Notes: generated from the sequence alone by a model not told the origin. A DNA stretch of 64,000 nucleotides from Paraphysomonas bandaiensis (GCA_965644295.1 CBFFRP010000002.1:139824-203823); one strand, 5' to 3'; positions 40,636 through 52,597 are shown, numbered from the stretch's first letter. Numbers and translations are program-made.

Positions 40636-41174
40636 AATTGAGGCGCTTGCCGTCCTGCTGCAGAGGGTGGACACTTGAATGTTTTGCAGTGGCTTCGGTC
40701 ACAGGGCCCTCCATGTCCATGGGATGAAGATTCTATCCGTGCTGCTGCTTCTTCTCGACACTTGGATATTCTGCAGTGGCTTCGTTCACAGGACCCTCCG
40801 TGTCCATGAAATTGAGGCGCTTGCCGTCCTGCTGCAGAGGGTGGACACTTGAATGTTTTGCAGTGGCTTCGTTCACAGGACCCTCCATGTCCATATATAG
40901 GTTATAGATTTTGTGATGACAATGATTGATGTGAGATGTTTATTACAATATTTATTAATTTATTATCCCCATTTCATCTCAGAAAATCGTGTTTTGTCCT
41001 GAACCAGTTTCAACAAAACGCTCGTATTAGCACCGGGCCAATATAGAAGTAGTGAATGTCTGATTAGTAGCAATTGGCGTGTAGCAAAACAATTTAACTA
41101 ACTAGTGCTGAACTCTGATATCATACTATTTAGCGCTGGTTGAAACGACATCACTGAACAATACTTTCACTCTA

Positions 41175-41760
41175 TGCTGATTTTATAAGTTAGAGACATT
41201 TAGGAAACATATAATAAACTTATGATCAATATCACTTGTCAATCGCCAAATTCATGTTGTCACAACCACCAATCATTTCCATACAATCTTAGATAACACG
41301 AACTCATACGGTCAATATATTTCAGTCTCACTACTACGATATTGCTATCATGACATTAGTTCTCATAATACAGTTAACCACTTTTGTATTCTTCCATTAA
41401 CTGTCATAAGCCAAATATCTTTGAACTACAGCTTTCAATTGCTCTCAAATAGCAGAACTCAACACTCCTCTCAATCCAAAGCTGTAGATAAACTCTTCAC
41501 ATCAGAAGACATAACTGACGGATACACAACCACCAAAAGCCACATAGGACAAACAGGTGGACATATGACTCCGACATATTTGCTGGCCTCTCTAATAACC
41601 ACCACTGATGATTTCTGATTCTCGCCTAGACATCTCAACATCCATAAGTCACTCAACATAAAGATTTCGTCAATATATCTGCAGTCTGATCATCAATCCC
41701 AACGTGATACAATATCGCAGCATTGAATGATCCTACTGAATGACTCACAAGCCGTGACTC
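41175..41760 (-). mobile_element. Second, shorter Copia fragment (RNase H C-terminus, PPT, 3' LTR 41175-41464)
   Basis: YHVGIDDQTADILTKSL (Copia RNase H ADxLTK motif). 41210-41580 aligns by eye with 29610-29980; same PPT-TGTTGAG junction. Confidence 0.75.
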
Positions 41761-42418
41761 AACTGTGTATGGATCAAGAAAAGCTGATCTCTTGTCTCGA
41801 CTAAAAGTATCCGCCAGCGGGCAGATGATACTGTCCAGGCACAACGACAGGCACACTGACAGAAACATTAACAAACTGTATGTGCTCTTTAAGAAAAGTA
41901 AACACTCCTCGATGTCACTGGGAGTCAACACAATGGAATGTGAAGGGGCTGGAAATTGCTGTAAAAAAGTGAGCGAAGGTCAAAAATCATCGAGATTTTT
42001 TCTAAAATGACTGTTTTTCACAACCGCATGCCAAAAAAACCCTCTATATTCTTCAAACTTTTCCTCATTTTTTTGATTTAAAAAGTGTGGAATCCGCTAT
42101 AATCCAAAATACACCTGGCTGGAGGAGATACACTCCTGTGCTGTGTGTTTTCTAGAATATCTTGCTTGTATATCTGAAGGATTCTACGTTCACTTGAGTA
42201 TGTTATGTACTGCTCTATATGTATAGCAGTACAGACAGTAGTAGCATATATAGAGTGCATGTGTATGTATGTATGTACTGCTCTGTAGTATGTATAGCAG
42301 TACTGTACAGACAGTAGTAGCATATATAGAGTGAGTGCATATGTATGTATGTATGTATGTCTATATATATGAGTGGAATGGTATTAAGGATCATCATCAG
42401 AGTTACATTCATATTACA

Positions 42419-45007
42419 ATGAAAAAGAAAATATACATACATTATGAAGATGAGGGGATTGAAAGTATTACACAGAGTGTTTGGATTGGATCAGATGATC
42501 GATCTGATGGGATTATAGAGAGTGTATTGGGATCACATCCATTAGAGGGACGCTATCAGTTAGTGACCTCATCAGGTGATCGATTAGCTTCATATGAGAA
42601 ATTATTTGATTGGGTAGAGAATAAAGATGATTGTTTTATAGTGAAAACATCATCATCATCAGCAGCAGCAGATTCAGAGAAGGTATCTTCTGATAGGAGT
42701 GATAAGGGGCCTGTAGGGGGTGATAAGGGGCCTGTAGGAGGTGATAAGGGGCCTATAGGGGGATATAAAGAGGCTGTTACTGAAATAGAAACATTGATTA
42801 GCAAACGATCCTTTCGTAAAGCAGGTGAATTATGTGAGAGAGTGCTGTCTCATGTAAAGCCCAACGATACGCTGACGCTGGAGTATTTGACTCATGTGTA
42901 TTTTGCCTCCGGTAAATATGAAAAAGCTATCTCCGCCGGAGAACAGGCACTGCGAATCATTACCAACAGCTCATCTAGCCAGCCTCGCCCTCAATTACAC
43001 CTTATTATCGCTCAGTCATATCGTGAAAATGAAGACTTCGAGGAGGCCTTGGATCAGGCGAAAGAAGGGGTCGCTATTATTAAGTCTGCTGTAGCCCGAT
43101 CCAAGGGACGGGATAGTCAGTTGAATGAGCTTTATCTGGATTTGAATGCCGAAGTGACCAGAATTCTCTTTACGATGGGTCGTCATATGGAGGCCGGGGA
43201 TCATGTAAATACTTTGATGACTGGCAACAACCTGTCAGGGGTAGACCCGCAGTCGCACGTAGGTTGTCTCTTGGCTTATGGAGAAATCGCAGCTCAATAT
43301 GACAAGGTATATTTATTTACTCTGCTAATTTTGCCGTAACTAGTATGTCTAGGTGCCAGAAGCAATGCAGGCAGGTCTCAAGGCAGTGGTGGCTGCTGCT
43401 TCAGACAAACGTGCTAAGCGGCTTATATCAGACCTTTTATCTCGTACTGGTGGCTTGGATGAACTGTACAGACAGGCTCCACCTTCTGACAAGGCCCCTG
43501 GTGCGTACGCCTTCTTGGCAATGGCCTGTAAGGACAATGGGTGTCTAACTACATCCGAGGCGCTCCTCAGACGAGTATTGAGTATCGAAGGCTCTCTGAA
43601 TACAATGGATATACATAACCACGCGTTGAATTTGGTTCATGTTTTGGAGAGCGAGTGCGACTATATTTCTGCGGTGCGAGCTATTGTCGAGCATATGCAA
43701 GCCGTTGGCAGAGGGAAGTTCGCATGTGCGGCTGAGGTTGATAGGCAGAAATTGGGATCTCTGGCTGATGTCCTGACTTCTGCATTATCGACAGCAAGCA
43801 CTTCCTCAAAGCGCGTCTGTTTGTGGTATCCTCCTATTGTGAACACCAGCACCGCTCAGAGGGTTATATGGATTAGTGGCACAGCTACTAGAGACGGGCA
43901 TGATGTGGACGGACACTGTAGAGTGGTTCCTGCAGACTCCGATAATAGCCAAGCCCAAGATCTTCGATCTGTTGAGACTACTCTCTCACCGTCGACACTG
44001 GACCTTCTAGCGATGGCGTTTACTGCCGTGAAGATACTATATACTCAAGGCAATATCGATGCCATCCCGTCGTTAATTAGCATCATTGAGCCCTTGCGTC
44101 GAATGTCGAAGACCCCCGTCCACGAGACATCTGTGCGGAACGAACACGCCTACTACTTATGTATATGTCAGCTTCTTGCCCGCATGCATAGCCACGATTA
44201 CGCTTATTCTTATATTCACGGGGAAGGTGGGGATCAAAGTGCTCCACTTTTTGTATGTGGTGACTCGCATTGCCTCTCTTCCGCATGGGGGGGGGTATCA
44301 TTTTCTGGAGGGAAAAGGACCATTGTGCCCAAACTCGTAACTGGTTTGAAGCAGTATCACTTAAGACCCCAGTCCAACTTCTATACCAAAGAATGCTTCA
44401 CTAGAACTATGGCTAGTATTCCTGATGGCTCGGATGTAAGTGGCACCAACTCATTGTTCCTAATTACTTACGTCATTGGTTTGTCATTTGTGATGTAGGT
44501 GGTATTTTTAATTGGAGAGATAGACTGCAGAGAAGGTCTACTCGTGGCAGTAGAAAGGGGGAGATACGCAACATTGGAAGAAGGTATGCGTGCTACAGTG
44601 AGCATATTTAAGTCAGTTGTTGCAAATCTCGTGAAGAAAAGAAAGTTCAAGGTGTGTTCACGTATAACTAAATCGAATTTTCGAACTCATACAATTATGC
44701 GTTTCGCACGGGATAGGTTTATATTCACCCTATTCTTCCAGTTCTGGATGTCACTAGAGATATAGTGGCCGCGTTCAATCCTATCTACAAGCAAGCTATG
44801 ACCTCTATTACAGGTAGTATTCAACAATATTGTATCGCCAAGTGGATAATAGTCAGTCTTTGAGTAGGCGTGAAGTGGTTGGATTTCTACGATGACCTCA
44901 TAACAGCTGATGGCAAGAACCTACGTGATGACATGAAAATGGACGGCACGCATGTGAGCCCAGCATATGTCAGGCTAATGGAAGAGGCCTTTCAAAAAGT
45001 GAATTAA
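42419..45007 (+). CDS. TPR-repeat protein with C-terminal SGNH/GDSL-like hydrolase domain, 5 exons, ~786 aa
   Basis: Exons 42419-43306, 43353-44435, 44499-44651, 44717-44813, 44868-45007 join in frame. TPR helices (LTHVYFASGKYEKAISAGEQAL; IAQSYRENEDFEEALDQAKEG). SGNH-like blocks VCGDSH, VTG, FLIGEIDCR, DGTH. Confidence 0.8.
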
Positions 45008-45687
45008 ATCACGATGCGGAGATACTTATCTAAAATTAGTCAATCTTTCAACGGTTATGAGCATTACGTTTGTGATGATATGTATCAGCTGCTAGGACGT
45101 GCATTCAGCGAGATGTTGATTGAAGTAATGCGTTTAAATATTTATGTTAGTATTTTCATTTTCATAGACCTTTTTATTTTACATGCTGTATGGGCTTACC
45201 CACGGGCATATATATTATATACTTTAGTTCGTGTTAAAACTACTGCAATAGTTAAGTTTCCTCTTCACGAATATAGAAATTTCACTGCGCTGCAATGTGA
45301 CCAAAAGTCTTTGGTGGGACGAAAGCTGAGCAATTACTATGACATCTAATGAATCGTTGATTGTTGTGCGTTCGTATTTTACCAATTCTTAGTCTTGGTT
45401 GCAGAGTGTGAAGACATAATATTAGTTATTTAACAACAGATCAGTGCTTCTCTTTTAGTATGCTATTACTAATTGGAACCATACAGCGTACTGGGTATCA
45501 GGGGGGGATAAAGTATATTACAAAGAATAAAGAATTTACCCGCAATCTATTTTGAAATAAAAATATAGGTTGTTCCAATAAAACCTAATATGTATTATTG
45601 GATTCGACTAGATATACTGTATACTGTGTCACTCGAAAAATCACCCAAGCGTAGTTTTCACCCCATCCAAGTGTCCACGCTGTGCAG

Positions 45688-48600
45688 CTACAAGGCAAGT
45701 CCCCATTCATTCCATGGACATGGAGGGTCCTGTGAACGAAGCCACTGCAAAACTTCCAAGTGTCCACCACAAGCAGCATCATGGCAAGTCCTAGCATCCC
45801 ATGGACATGGAGGGTCCTGTGAACGAAGCCACTGCAAAACATTCAAGTGTCCACTCTGTGCAGCAACAAGGCAAGTCCTTGCATCCCATGGACAGGGAGG
45901 CCCCTGTGAACGAAGCCACTGCAAAACATCCAAGTGTCCACTCTGTGCAGCTGCAAGGCAAGTCCATTCATTCCATGGACATGGAGGGTCCTGTGAACGA
46001 AGCCACTGCAAAACATCCAAGTTTCCACGCCCTGCAGCAACATGGCAAGTCCTAGCATCCCATGGACATGGAGGGTCCTGTGAACGAAGCCACTGCAAAA
46101 CTTCCAAGTGTCCACCATAAGCAGCAACACGGCAAGTCCTTGCATCCCATGGACAGGGAGGGTCCTGTGAACGGAGACAATGCAAAACCTCCAAGTGTCC
46201 ACGCCATGCAGCATCACGGCAACACCATTCATCCCATGGACATGGAGGGTCCTGTGAACGAAGCCACACCAGAACATCCAAGTGTCCACGCTGTGCAGCA
46301 ACACGGCAAGTCCATTCATCCCATGGACATGGAGGGCCCTGTGAACGAAGCCACTGCAAAACCTCCAAGTGTCCACGTTGTGCAGCAACACGGCAAGTCC
46401 ATTCATTCCATGGACATGGAGGGTCCTGTGAACGAAGCCACTGCAAAACTTCCAAGTGTCCACCACAAGCAGCATCACGGCAAGCATCTTCATCCCATGG
46501 ACATGGAGGGTCCTGTGAACGAAGCCACTGCAAAACATTCAAGTGTCCACGCTGTGCAGCAACAAGGCAAGTCCTTGCATCCCATGGACAGGGAGGGCCC
46601 TGTGAACGAAGCCACTGCAAAACCTCCAAGTGTCCACGTTGTGCAGCAGCACGGCAAGTCCATTCATTCCATGGACATGGAGGGTCCTGTGAACGAAGCC
46701 ACTGCAAAACTTCCAAGTGTCCACCACAAGCAGCATCATGGCAAGTCCTAGCATCCCATGGACATGGAGGGTCCTGTGAACGAAGCCACTGCAAAACATT
46801 CAAGTGTCCACTCTGTGCAGCAACAAGGCAAGTCCTTGCATCCCATGGACAGGGAGGGCCCTGTGAACGAAGCCACTGCAAAACCTCCAAGTGTCCACGT
46901 TGTGCAGCTACAAGGCAAGTCCATTCATTCCATGGACATGGAGGGTCCTGTGAACGAAGCCACTGCAAAACTTCCAAGTGTCCACCACAAGCAGCATCAT
47001 GGCAAGTCCTAGCATCCCATGGACATGGAGGGTCCTGTGAACGAAGCCACTGCAAAACTTCCAAGTGTCCACCACAAGCAGCATCATGGCAAGTCCTAGC
47101 ATCCCATGGACATGGAGGGTCCTGTGAACGAAGCCACTGCAAAACTTCCAAGTGTCCACCATAAGCAGCAACACGGCAAGTCCTTGCATCCCATGGACAG
47201 GGAGGGTCCTGTGAACGGAGACAATGCAAAACATCCAAGTGTCCACGCCATGCAGCATCACGGCAACACCATTCATCCCATGGACATGGAGGGTCCTGTG
47301 AACGAAGCCACACCAGAACATCCAAGTGTCCACGCTGTGCAGCAACAAGGCAAGTCCATTCATCCCATGGACATGGAGGGCCCTGTGAACGAAGCCACTG
47401 CAAAACATCCAAGTGTCCACGTTGTGCAGCAACACGGCAAGTCCATTCATTCCATGGACATGGAGGGTCCTGTGAACGAAGCCACTGCAAAACTTCCAAG
47501 TGTCCACCACAAGCAGCATCATGGCAAGTCCTAGCATCCCATGGACATGGAGGGTCCTGTGAACGAAGCCACTGCAGAACATTCAAGTGTCCACTCTGTG
47601 CAGCAACAAGGCAAGTCCTTGCATCCCATGGACAGGGAGGGCCCTGTGAACGAAGCCACTGCAAAACCTCCAAGTGTCCACGTTGTGCAGCTACAAGGCA
47701 AGTCCATTCATTCCATGGACATGGAGGGTCCTGTGAACGAAGCCACTGCAAAACTTCCAAGTGTCCACCACAAGCAGCATCATGGCAAGTCCTAGCATCC
47801 CATGGACATGGAGGGTCCTGTGAACGAAGCCACTGCAAAACTTCCAAGTGTCCACCATAAGCAGCAACACGGCAAGTCTTTGCATCCCATGGACAGGGAG
47901 GGTCCTGTGAACGAAGCCACCGCAGAACATACAAGTTTCCATCTTCTGCAGCAGCACGGCAAGTCCATTCATCCCATGGACATGGAGGGTCCTGTGAACG
48001 AAGCCACTGCAAAACCTTCAAGAGTCCACGCTCTGCAGCAACACGGCAAGCATTTTCATCCCATGGACAGGGAGGGTCCTGTGAACGAAGCCACTGCAGA
48101 ACATCCAAGTGTCCAACTTCTGCAGCATCATGGCAAGTCCATGCATCCCATGGACATGGAGGGTCTTGAGAACGAAGCCACTGCAGAACATCCAAGTGTT
48201 CAAACTGTGCAGCAACACGGCAAGTCCTTGCATCCCATGGACATGGAGGGTCCTGTGAACGAAGCCACTGCAAAACATCCAAGTGTCCACGCTGTGTAGC
48301 AACACGGCAAGTCCTTGCATCCCATGGACATGGAGGGTCCTGTGAACGAAGCCACTGCAAAACATCCAAGTGTCCACGCTCTGCAGCAACAAGGCAAGTC
48401 CTTGCATCCCATGGACAGGGAGGGTCCTGTGAACGAACCCACTGCAGAACATCCAAGTGTCCAACTTCTGCAGCATCATGGCAAGTCCATGCATCCCATG
48501 GACATGGAGGGTCTTGAGAACGAAGCCACTGCAGAACATCCAAGTGTTCAAACTGTGCAGCAACACGGCAAGTCCTTGCATCCCATGGACATGGAGGGTC

Positions 48601-51600
48601 CTGTGAACGAAGCCACTGCAAAACATCCAAGTGTCCACGCTCTGTAGCAACACGGCAAGTCCTTGCATCCCATGGACATGGAGGGTCCTGTGAACGAAGC
48701 CACTGCAAAACATCCAAGTGTCCACGCTCTGCAGCAACAAGGCAAGTCCTTGCATCCCATGGATATGGAGGGTCCTGTGAACGAACCCACTGCAAAACCT
48801 CCAACTGTCCATGTTCTACAGCAGCGTGGCAAGTCCATTCATCCCATGGACATGGAGGGTCCTGTGAACGAAGCCACTGCAAAACATCCAACTGTCCATG
48901 TTCTGCAGCAACACGGCAAGTCTTTGCATCCCATGGACAGGGAGGGTCCTGTGAACGAAGACAATGCAAAACATCCAAGTGTCCACGCTCTGCAGCAACA
49001 CGGCAACACCATTCATCCCATGGACATGGAGAGTTCTCTGATCGTAGCCACTGCAGAACATCCAACTGTCCATGTTCTGCAGCAGCGTGGCAAGTCCGTG
49101 CATCCCATGGACAGGGAGGGTCCTGTGAACGAAGCCACTGCAGAACATCCAAGTGTCCACCACAAGCAGCATCATGGCAAGTCCATTCATCCCATGGACA
49201 TGGAGGGTCCTGTGAACGAAGCCACTGCAAAACTTCCAAGTGTCCACGCTGTGCAGCAACACGGCAAGTCCTTGCATCCCATGGACATGGAGGGCCCTGT
49301 GAACGAAGCCACTGCAAAACATCCAAGTGTCCACGCTCTGCAGCAACACGGCAAGCATTTTCATCCCATGGACAGGGAGGGTCCTGTGAACGAAGCCACT
49401 GCAGAACATCCAAGTGTCCAACTTCTGCAGCATCATGGCAAGTCCATGCATCCCATGGACATGGAGGGTCTTGAGAACGAAGCCACTGCAGAACATCCAA
49501 GTGTTCAAACTGTGCAGCAACACGGCAAGTCCTTGCATCCCATGGACATGGAGGGTCCTGTGAACGAAGCCACTGCAAAACATCCAAGTGTCCACGCTCT
49601 GTAGCAACACGGCAAGTCCTTGCATCCCATGGACATGGAGGGTCCTGTGAACGAAGCCACTGCAAAACATCCAAGTGTCCACGCTCTGCAGCAACAAGGC
49701 AAGTCCTTGCATCCCATGGACAGGGAGGGTCCTGTGAACGAACCCACTGCAGAACATCCAAGTGTCCAACTTCTGCAGCATCATGGCAAGTCCATGCATC
49801 CCATGGACATGGAGGGTCTTGAGAACGAAGCCACTGCAGAACATCCAAGTGTTCAAACTGTGCAGCAACACGGCAAGTCCTTGCATCCCATGGACATGGA
49901 GGGTCCTGTGAACGAAGCCACTGCAAAACATCCAAGTGTCCACGCTCTGTAGCAACACGGCAAGTCCTTGCATCCCATGGACATGGAGGGTCCTGTGAAC
50001 GAAGCCACTGCAAAACATCCAAGTGTCCACGCTCTGCAGCAACAAGGCAAGTCCTTGCATCCCATGGATATGGAGGGTCCTGTGAACGAACCCACTGCAA
50101 AACCTCCAACTGTCCATGTTCTACAGCAGCGTGGCAAGTCCATTCATCCCATGGACATGGAGGGTCCTGTGAACGAAGCCACTGCAAAACATCCAACTGT
50201 CCATGTTCTGCAGCAACACGGCAAGTCTTTGCATCCCATGGACAGGGAGGGTCCTGTGAACGAAGACAATGCAAAACATCCAAGTGTCCACGCTCTGCAG
50301 CAACACGGCAACACCATTCATCCCATGGACATGGAGAGTTCTCTGATCGTAGCCACTGCAGAACATCCAACTGTCCATGTTCTGCAGCAGCGTGGCAAGT
50401 CCGTGCATCCCATGGACAGGGAGGGTCCTGTGAACGAAGCCACTGCAGAACATCCAAGTGTCCACCACAAGCAGCATCATGGCAAGTCCTTGCATCCCAT
50501 GGACATGGAGGGTCCTGTGAACGAAGCCACTGCAAAACTTCCAAGTGTCCACGCTGTGCAGCAACACGGCAAGTCCTTGCATCCCATGGACATGGAGGGC
50601 CCTGTGAACGAAGCCACTGCAAAACCTCCAAGTGTCCACGCTCTGCAGCAACACGGCAAGCATTTTCATCCCATGGACATGGAGGGTCCTGTGATCGAAG
50701 CCACTGCAGAACATCCAAGTGTCCATGTTCTGCAGCAACACGGCAAGTCTTTGCATCCCATGGACAGGGAGGGTCCTGTGAACGAAGACAATGCAAAACA
50801 TCCAAGTGTCCACGCTCTGCAGCAACACGGCAACACCATTCATCCCATGGACATGGAGAGTTCTCTGATCGTAGCCACTGCAGAACATCCAACTGTCCAT
50901 GTTCTGCAGCAGCGTGGCAAGTCCGTGCATCCCATGGACAGGGAGGGTCCTGTGAACGAAGCCACTGCAAAACTTCCAAGTGTCCACCACAAGCAGCATC
51001 ATGGCAAGGCCTTGCATCCCATGGACATGGAGGGTCCTGTGAACGAAGCCACTGCAAAACATCCAAGTGTCCACCCTCTGCAGCAACACGGCAAGTCCTT
51101 GCATCCCATGGACATGGAGGGCCCTGTGAACGAAGCCACTGCAAAACATCCAAGTGTCCACGCTCTGCAGCAACACGGCAAGCATTTTCATCCCATGGAC
51201 ATGGAGGGTCCTGTGATCGAAGCCACTGCAGAACATCCAAGTGTCCACCACAAGCAGCATCATGGCAAGTCCTTGCATCCCATGGACATGGAGGGTCCTG
51301 TGATCGAAGCCACTGCAAAACATCCAAGTGTCCACTCTGTGCAGCAGCACGGCAAGTCCATTCATTCCATGGACATGGAGGGTCCTGTGAACGAAGCCAC
51401 TGCAAAATTTCCAAGTGTCCACGCCCTGCAGCAGCACGGCAAGTCCATGCATCCCATGGACATGGAGGGTCCTGTGATCGAAGCCACTGGAAAACTTCCA
51501 AGTGTCCACTCTGTGCAGCAGCACGGCAAGCATCTTCATCCCATGGACATGGAGGGTCCTGTGAACGAAGCCACTGCAGAACATCCAAGTGTCCACGCTG

Positions 51601-52506
51601 TGTAGCAACACGGCAAGTCCTTGCATTCCATGGACAAGGAGGGTCCTGTGAACGAAGCCACTGCAAAACATCCAAGTGTCCACTCTGTGCAGCAGCACGG
51701 CAAGTCCATTCATTCCATGGACATGGAGGGTCCTGTGAACGAAGCCACTGCAAAATTTCCAAGTGTCCACGCCCTGCAGCAGCACGGCAAGTCCATGCAT
51801 CCCATGGACATGGAGGGTCCTGTGATCGAAGCCACTGGAAAACTTCCAAGTGTCCACTCTGTGCAGCAGCACGGCAAGCATCTTCATCCCATGGACATGG
51901 AGGGTCCTGTGAACGAAGCCACTGCAGAACATCCAAGTGTCCACGCTGTGTAGCAACACGGCAAGTCCTTGCATTCCATGGACAAGGAGGGTCCTGTGAA
52001 CGAAGACAATGCAAAACATCCAAGTGTCCACCCTCAGCAGCAGCACGGCAAGTCCTTGCATCCCATGGACATGGAGGGTCCTGTAAATGAAGCAGCATCT
52101 TAACCTGGCTACCCTGTACAGCAATATCATTCCGTATATCTGATTGGTGTAGTGGTTCCTGTGTGGTCGTATCATTGTGAAGGGCGGTATGTTTGAGATG
52201 TATGAGCTGCTGTAGTCTGCCGTGTAGTGCACAGCTATATGAAAGCATACGCTGTGGGCAGCCCATAGACAGAGCCCATGAGACCATTGAGTTCGTGATA
52301 CAGTAGTGAGATGCATGTGACTCAACTCTCCACTCAAGTCTCCTCTCATCTCTGCTCTTGTCTCTGCTCTTGTCTCTCATGATATCAGTGTAAACCATAT
52401 CGTGAAATCTCCTACAAGTCATCATCGCAGGAAGGAGAGCTGAGTGTGGGATCATAGAGAAGATGAGACGCAACACATCATCGTTAAGATCAGATATACT
52501 CGACAT
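45688..52506 (-). CDS. F-box-like + 29-aa ankyrin-repeat protein, copy 2 (2272 aa, ~73 repeats)
   Basis: Uninterrupted 6.8-kb ORF; N-terminal ~140 aa nearly identical to copy 1; 87-bp tandem units. Confidence 0.85.
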   Translation of the reverse strand: MSSISDLNDDVLRLIFSMIPHSALLPAMMTCRRFHDMVYTDIMRDKSRDKSRDERRLEWRVESHASHYCITNSMVSWALSMGCPQRMLSYSCALHGRLQQLIHLKHTALHNDTTTQEPLHQSDIRNDIAVQGSQVKMLLHLQDPPCPWDARTCRAAAEGGHLDVLHCLRSQDPPCPWNARTCRVATQRGHLDVLQWLRSQDPPCPWDEDACRAAAQSGHLEVFQWLRSQDPPCPWDAWTCRAAAGRGHLEILQWLRSQDPPCPWNEWTCRAAAQSGHLDVLQWLRSQDPPCPWNARTCRVATQRGHLDVLQWLRSQDPPCPWDEDACRAAAQSGHLEVFQWLRSQDPPCPWDAWTCRAAAGRGHLEILQWLRSQDPPCPWNEWTCRAAAQSGHLDVLQWLRSQDPPCPWDARTCHDAACGGHLDVLQWLRSQDPPCPWDENACRVAAERGHLDVLQWLRSQGPPCPWDARTCRVAAEGGHLDVLQWLRSQDPPCPWDARPCHDAACGGHLEVLQWLRSQDPPCPWDARTCHAAAEHGQLDVLQWLRSENSPCPWDEWCCRVAAERGHLDVLHCLRSQDPPCPWDAKTCRVAAEHGHLDVLQWLRSQDPPCPWDENACRVAAERGHLEVLQWLRSQGPPCPWDARTCRVAAQRGHLEVLQWLRSQDPPCPWDARTCHDAACGGHLDVLQWLRSQDPPCPWDARTCHAAAEHGQLDVLQWLRSENSPCPWDEWCCRVAAERGHLDVLHCLRSQDPPCPWDAKTCRVAAEHGQLDVLQWLRSQDPPCPWDEWTCHAAVEHGQLEVLQWVRSQDPPYPWDARTCLVAAERGHLDVLQWLRSQDPPCPWDARTCRVATERGHLDVLQWLRSQDPPCPWDARTCRVAAQFEHLDVLQWLRSQDPPCPWDAWTCHDAAEVGHLDVLQWVRSQDPPCPWDARTCLVAAERGHLDVLQWLRSQDPPCPWDARTCRVATERGHLDVLQWLRSQDPPCPWDARTCRVAAQFEHLDVLQWLRSQDPPCPWDAWTCHDAAEVGHLDVLQWLRSQDPPCPWDENACRVAAERGHLDVLQWLRSQGPPCPWDARTCRVAAQRGHLEVLQWLRSQDPPCPWDEWTCHDAACGGHLDVLQWLRSQDPPCPWDARTCHAAAEHGQLDVLQWLRSENSPCPWDEWCCRVAAERGHLDVLHCLRSQDPPCPWDAKTCRVAAEHGQLDVLQWLRSQDPPCPWDEWTCHAAVEHGQLEVLQWVRSQDPPYPWDARTCLVAAERGHLDVLQWLRSQDPPCPWDARTCRVATERGHLDVLQWLRSQDPPCPWDARTCRVAAQFEHLDVLQWLRSQDPPCPWDAWTCHDAAEVGHLDVLQWVRSQDPPCPWDARTCLVAAERGHLDVLQWLRSQDPPCPWDARTCRVATQRGHLDVLQWLRSQDPPCPWDARTCRVAAQFEHLDVLQWLRSQDPPCPWDAWTCHDAAEVGHLDVLQWLRSQDPPCPWDENACRVAAERGLLKVLQWLRSQDPPCPWDEWTCRAAAEDGNLYVLRWLRSQDPPCPWDAKTCRVAAYGGHLEVLQWLRSQDPPCPWDARTCHDAACGGHLEVLQWLRSQDPPCPWNEWTCLVAAQRGHLEVLQWLRSQGPPCPWDARTCLVAAQSGHLNVLQWLRSQDPPCPWDARTCHDAACGGHLEVLQWLRSQDPPCPWNEWTCRVAAQRGHLDVLQWLRSQGPPCPWDEWTCLVAAQRGHLDVLVWLRSQDPPCPWDEWCCRDAAWRGHLDVLHCLRSQDPPCPWDARTCRVAAYGGHLEVLQWLRSQDPPCPWDARTCHDAACGGHLEVLQWLRSQDPPCPWDARTCHDAACGGHLEVLQWLRSQDPPCPWNEWTCLVAAQRGHLEVLQWLRSQGPPCPWDARTCLVAAQSGHLNVLQWLRSQDPPCPWDARTCHDAACGGHLEVLQWLRSQDPPCPWNEWTCRAAAQRGHLEVLQWLRSQGPPCPWDARTCLVAAQRGHLNVLQWLRSQDPPCPWDEDACRDAACGGHLEVLQWLRSQDPPCPWNEWTCRVAAQRGHLEVLQWLRSQGPPCPWDEWTCRVAAQRGHLDVLVWLRSQDPPCPWDEWCCRDAAWRGHLEVLHCLRSQDPPCPWDARTCRVAAYGGHLEVLQWLRSQDPPCPWDARTCHVAAGRGNLDVLQWLRSQDPPCPWNEWTCLAAAQSGHLDVLQWLRSQGPPCPWDARTCLVAAQSGHLNVLQWLRSQDPPCPWDARTCHDAACGGHLEVLQWLRSQDPPCPWNEWGLAL

Positions 52507-52597
52507 GTCAACACTGATAATTCGATGAGATTATGAGGCTAACAGAGCAGAGTGTGTATGTACAGCATACAGCAGAAGAAGATAATGAGAAGAGTTC

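Noticed and set aside
42204-42335. Local ~60-bp tandem duplication with a GTACTGCT/AGCAGTAC stem upstream of the TPR gene
   Set aside because: Low-complexity promoter-region duplication; no evidence for a discrete element.
8694-52080. Both the mucin repeat and the ankyrin repeat have 87-bp units and 783-bp higher-order blocks
   Set aside because: The two units share no sequence similarity; treated as coincidence.
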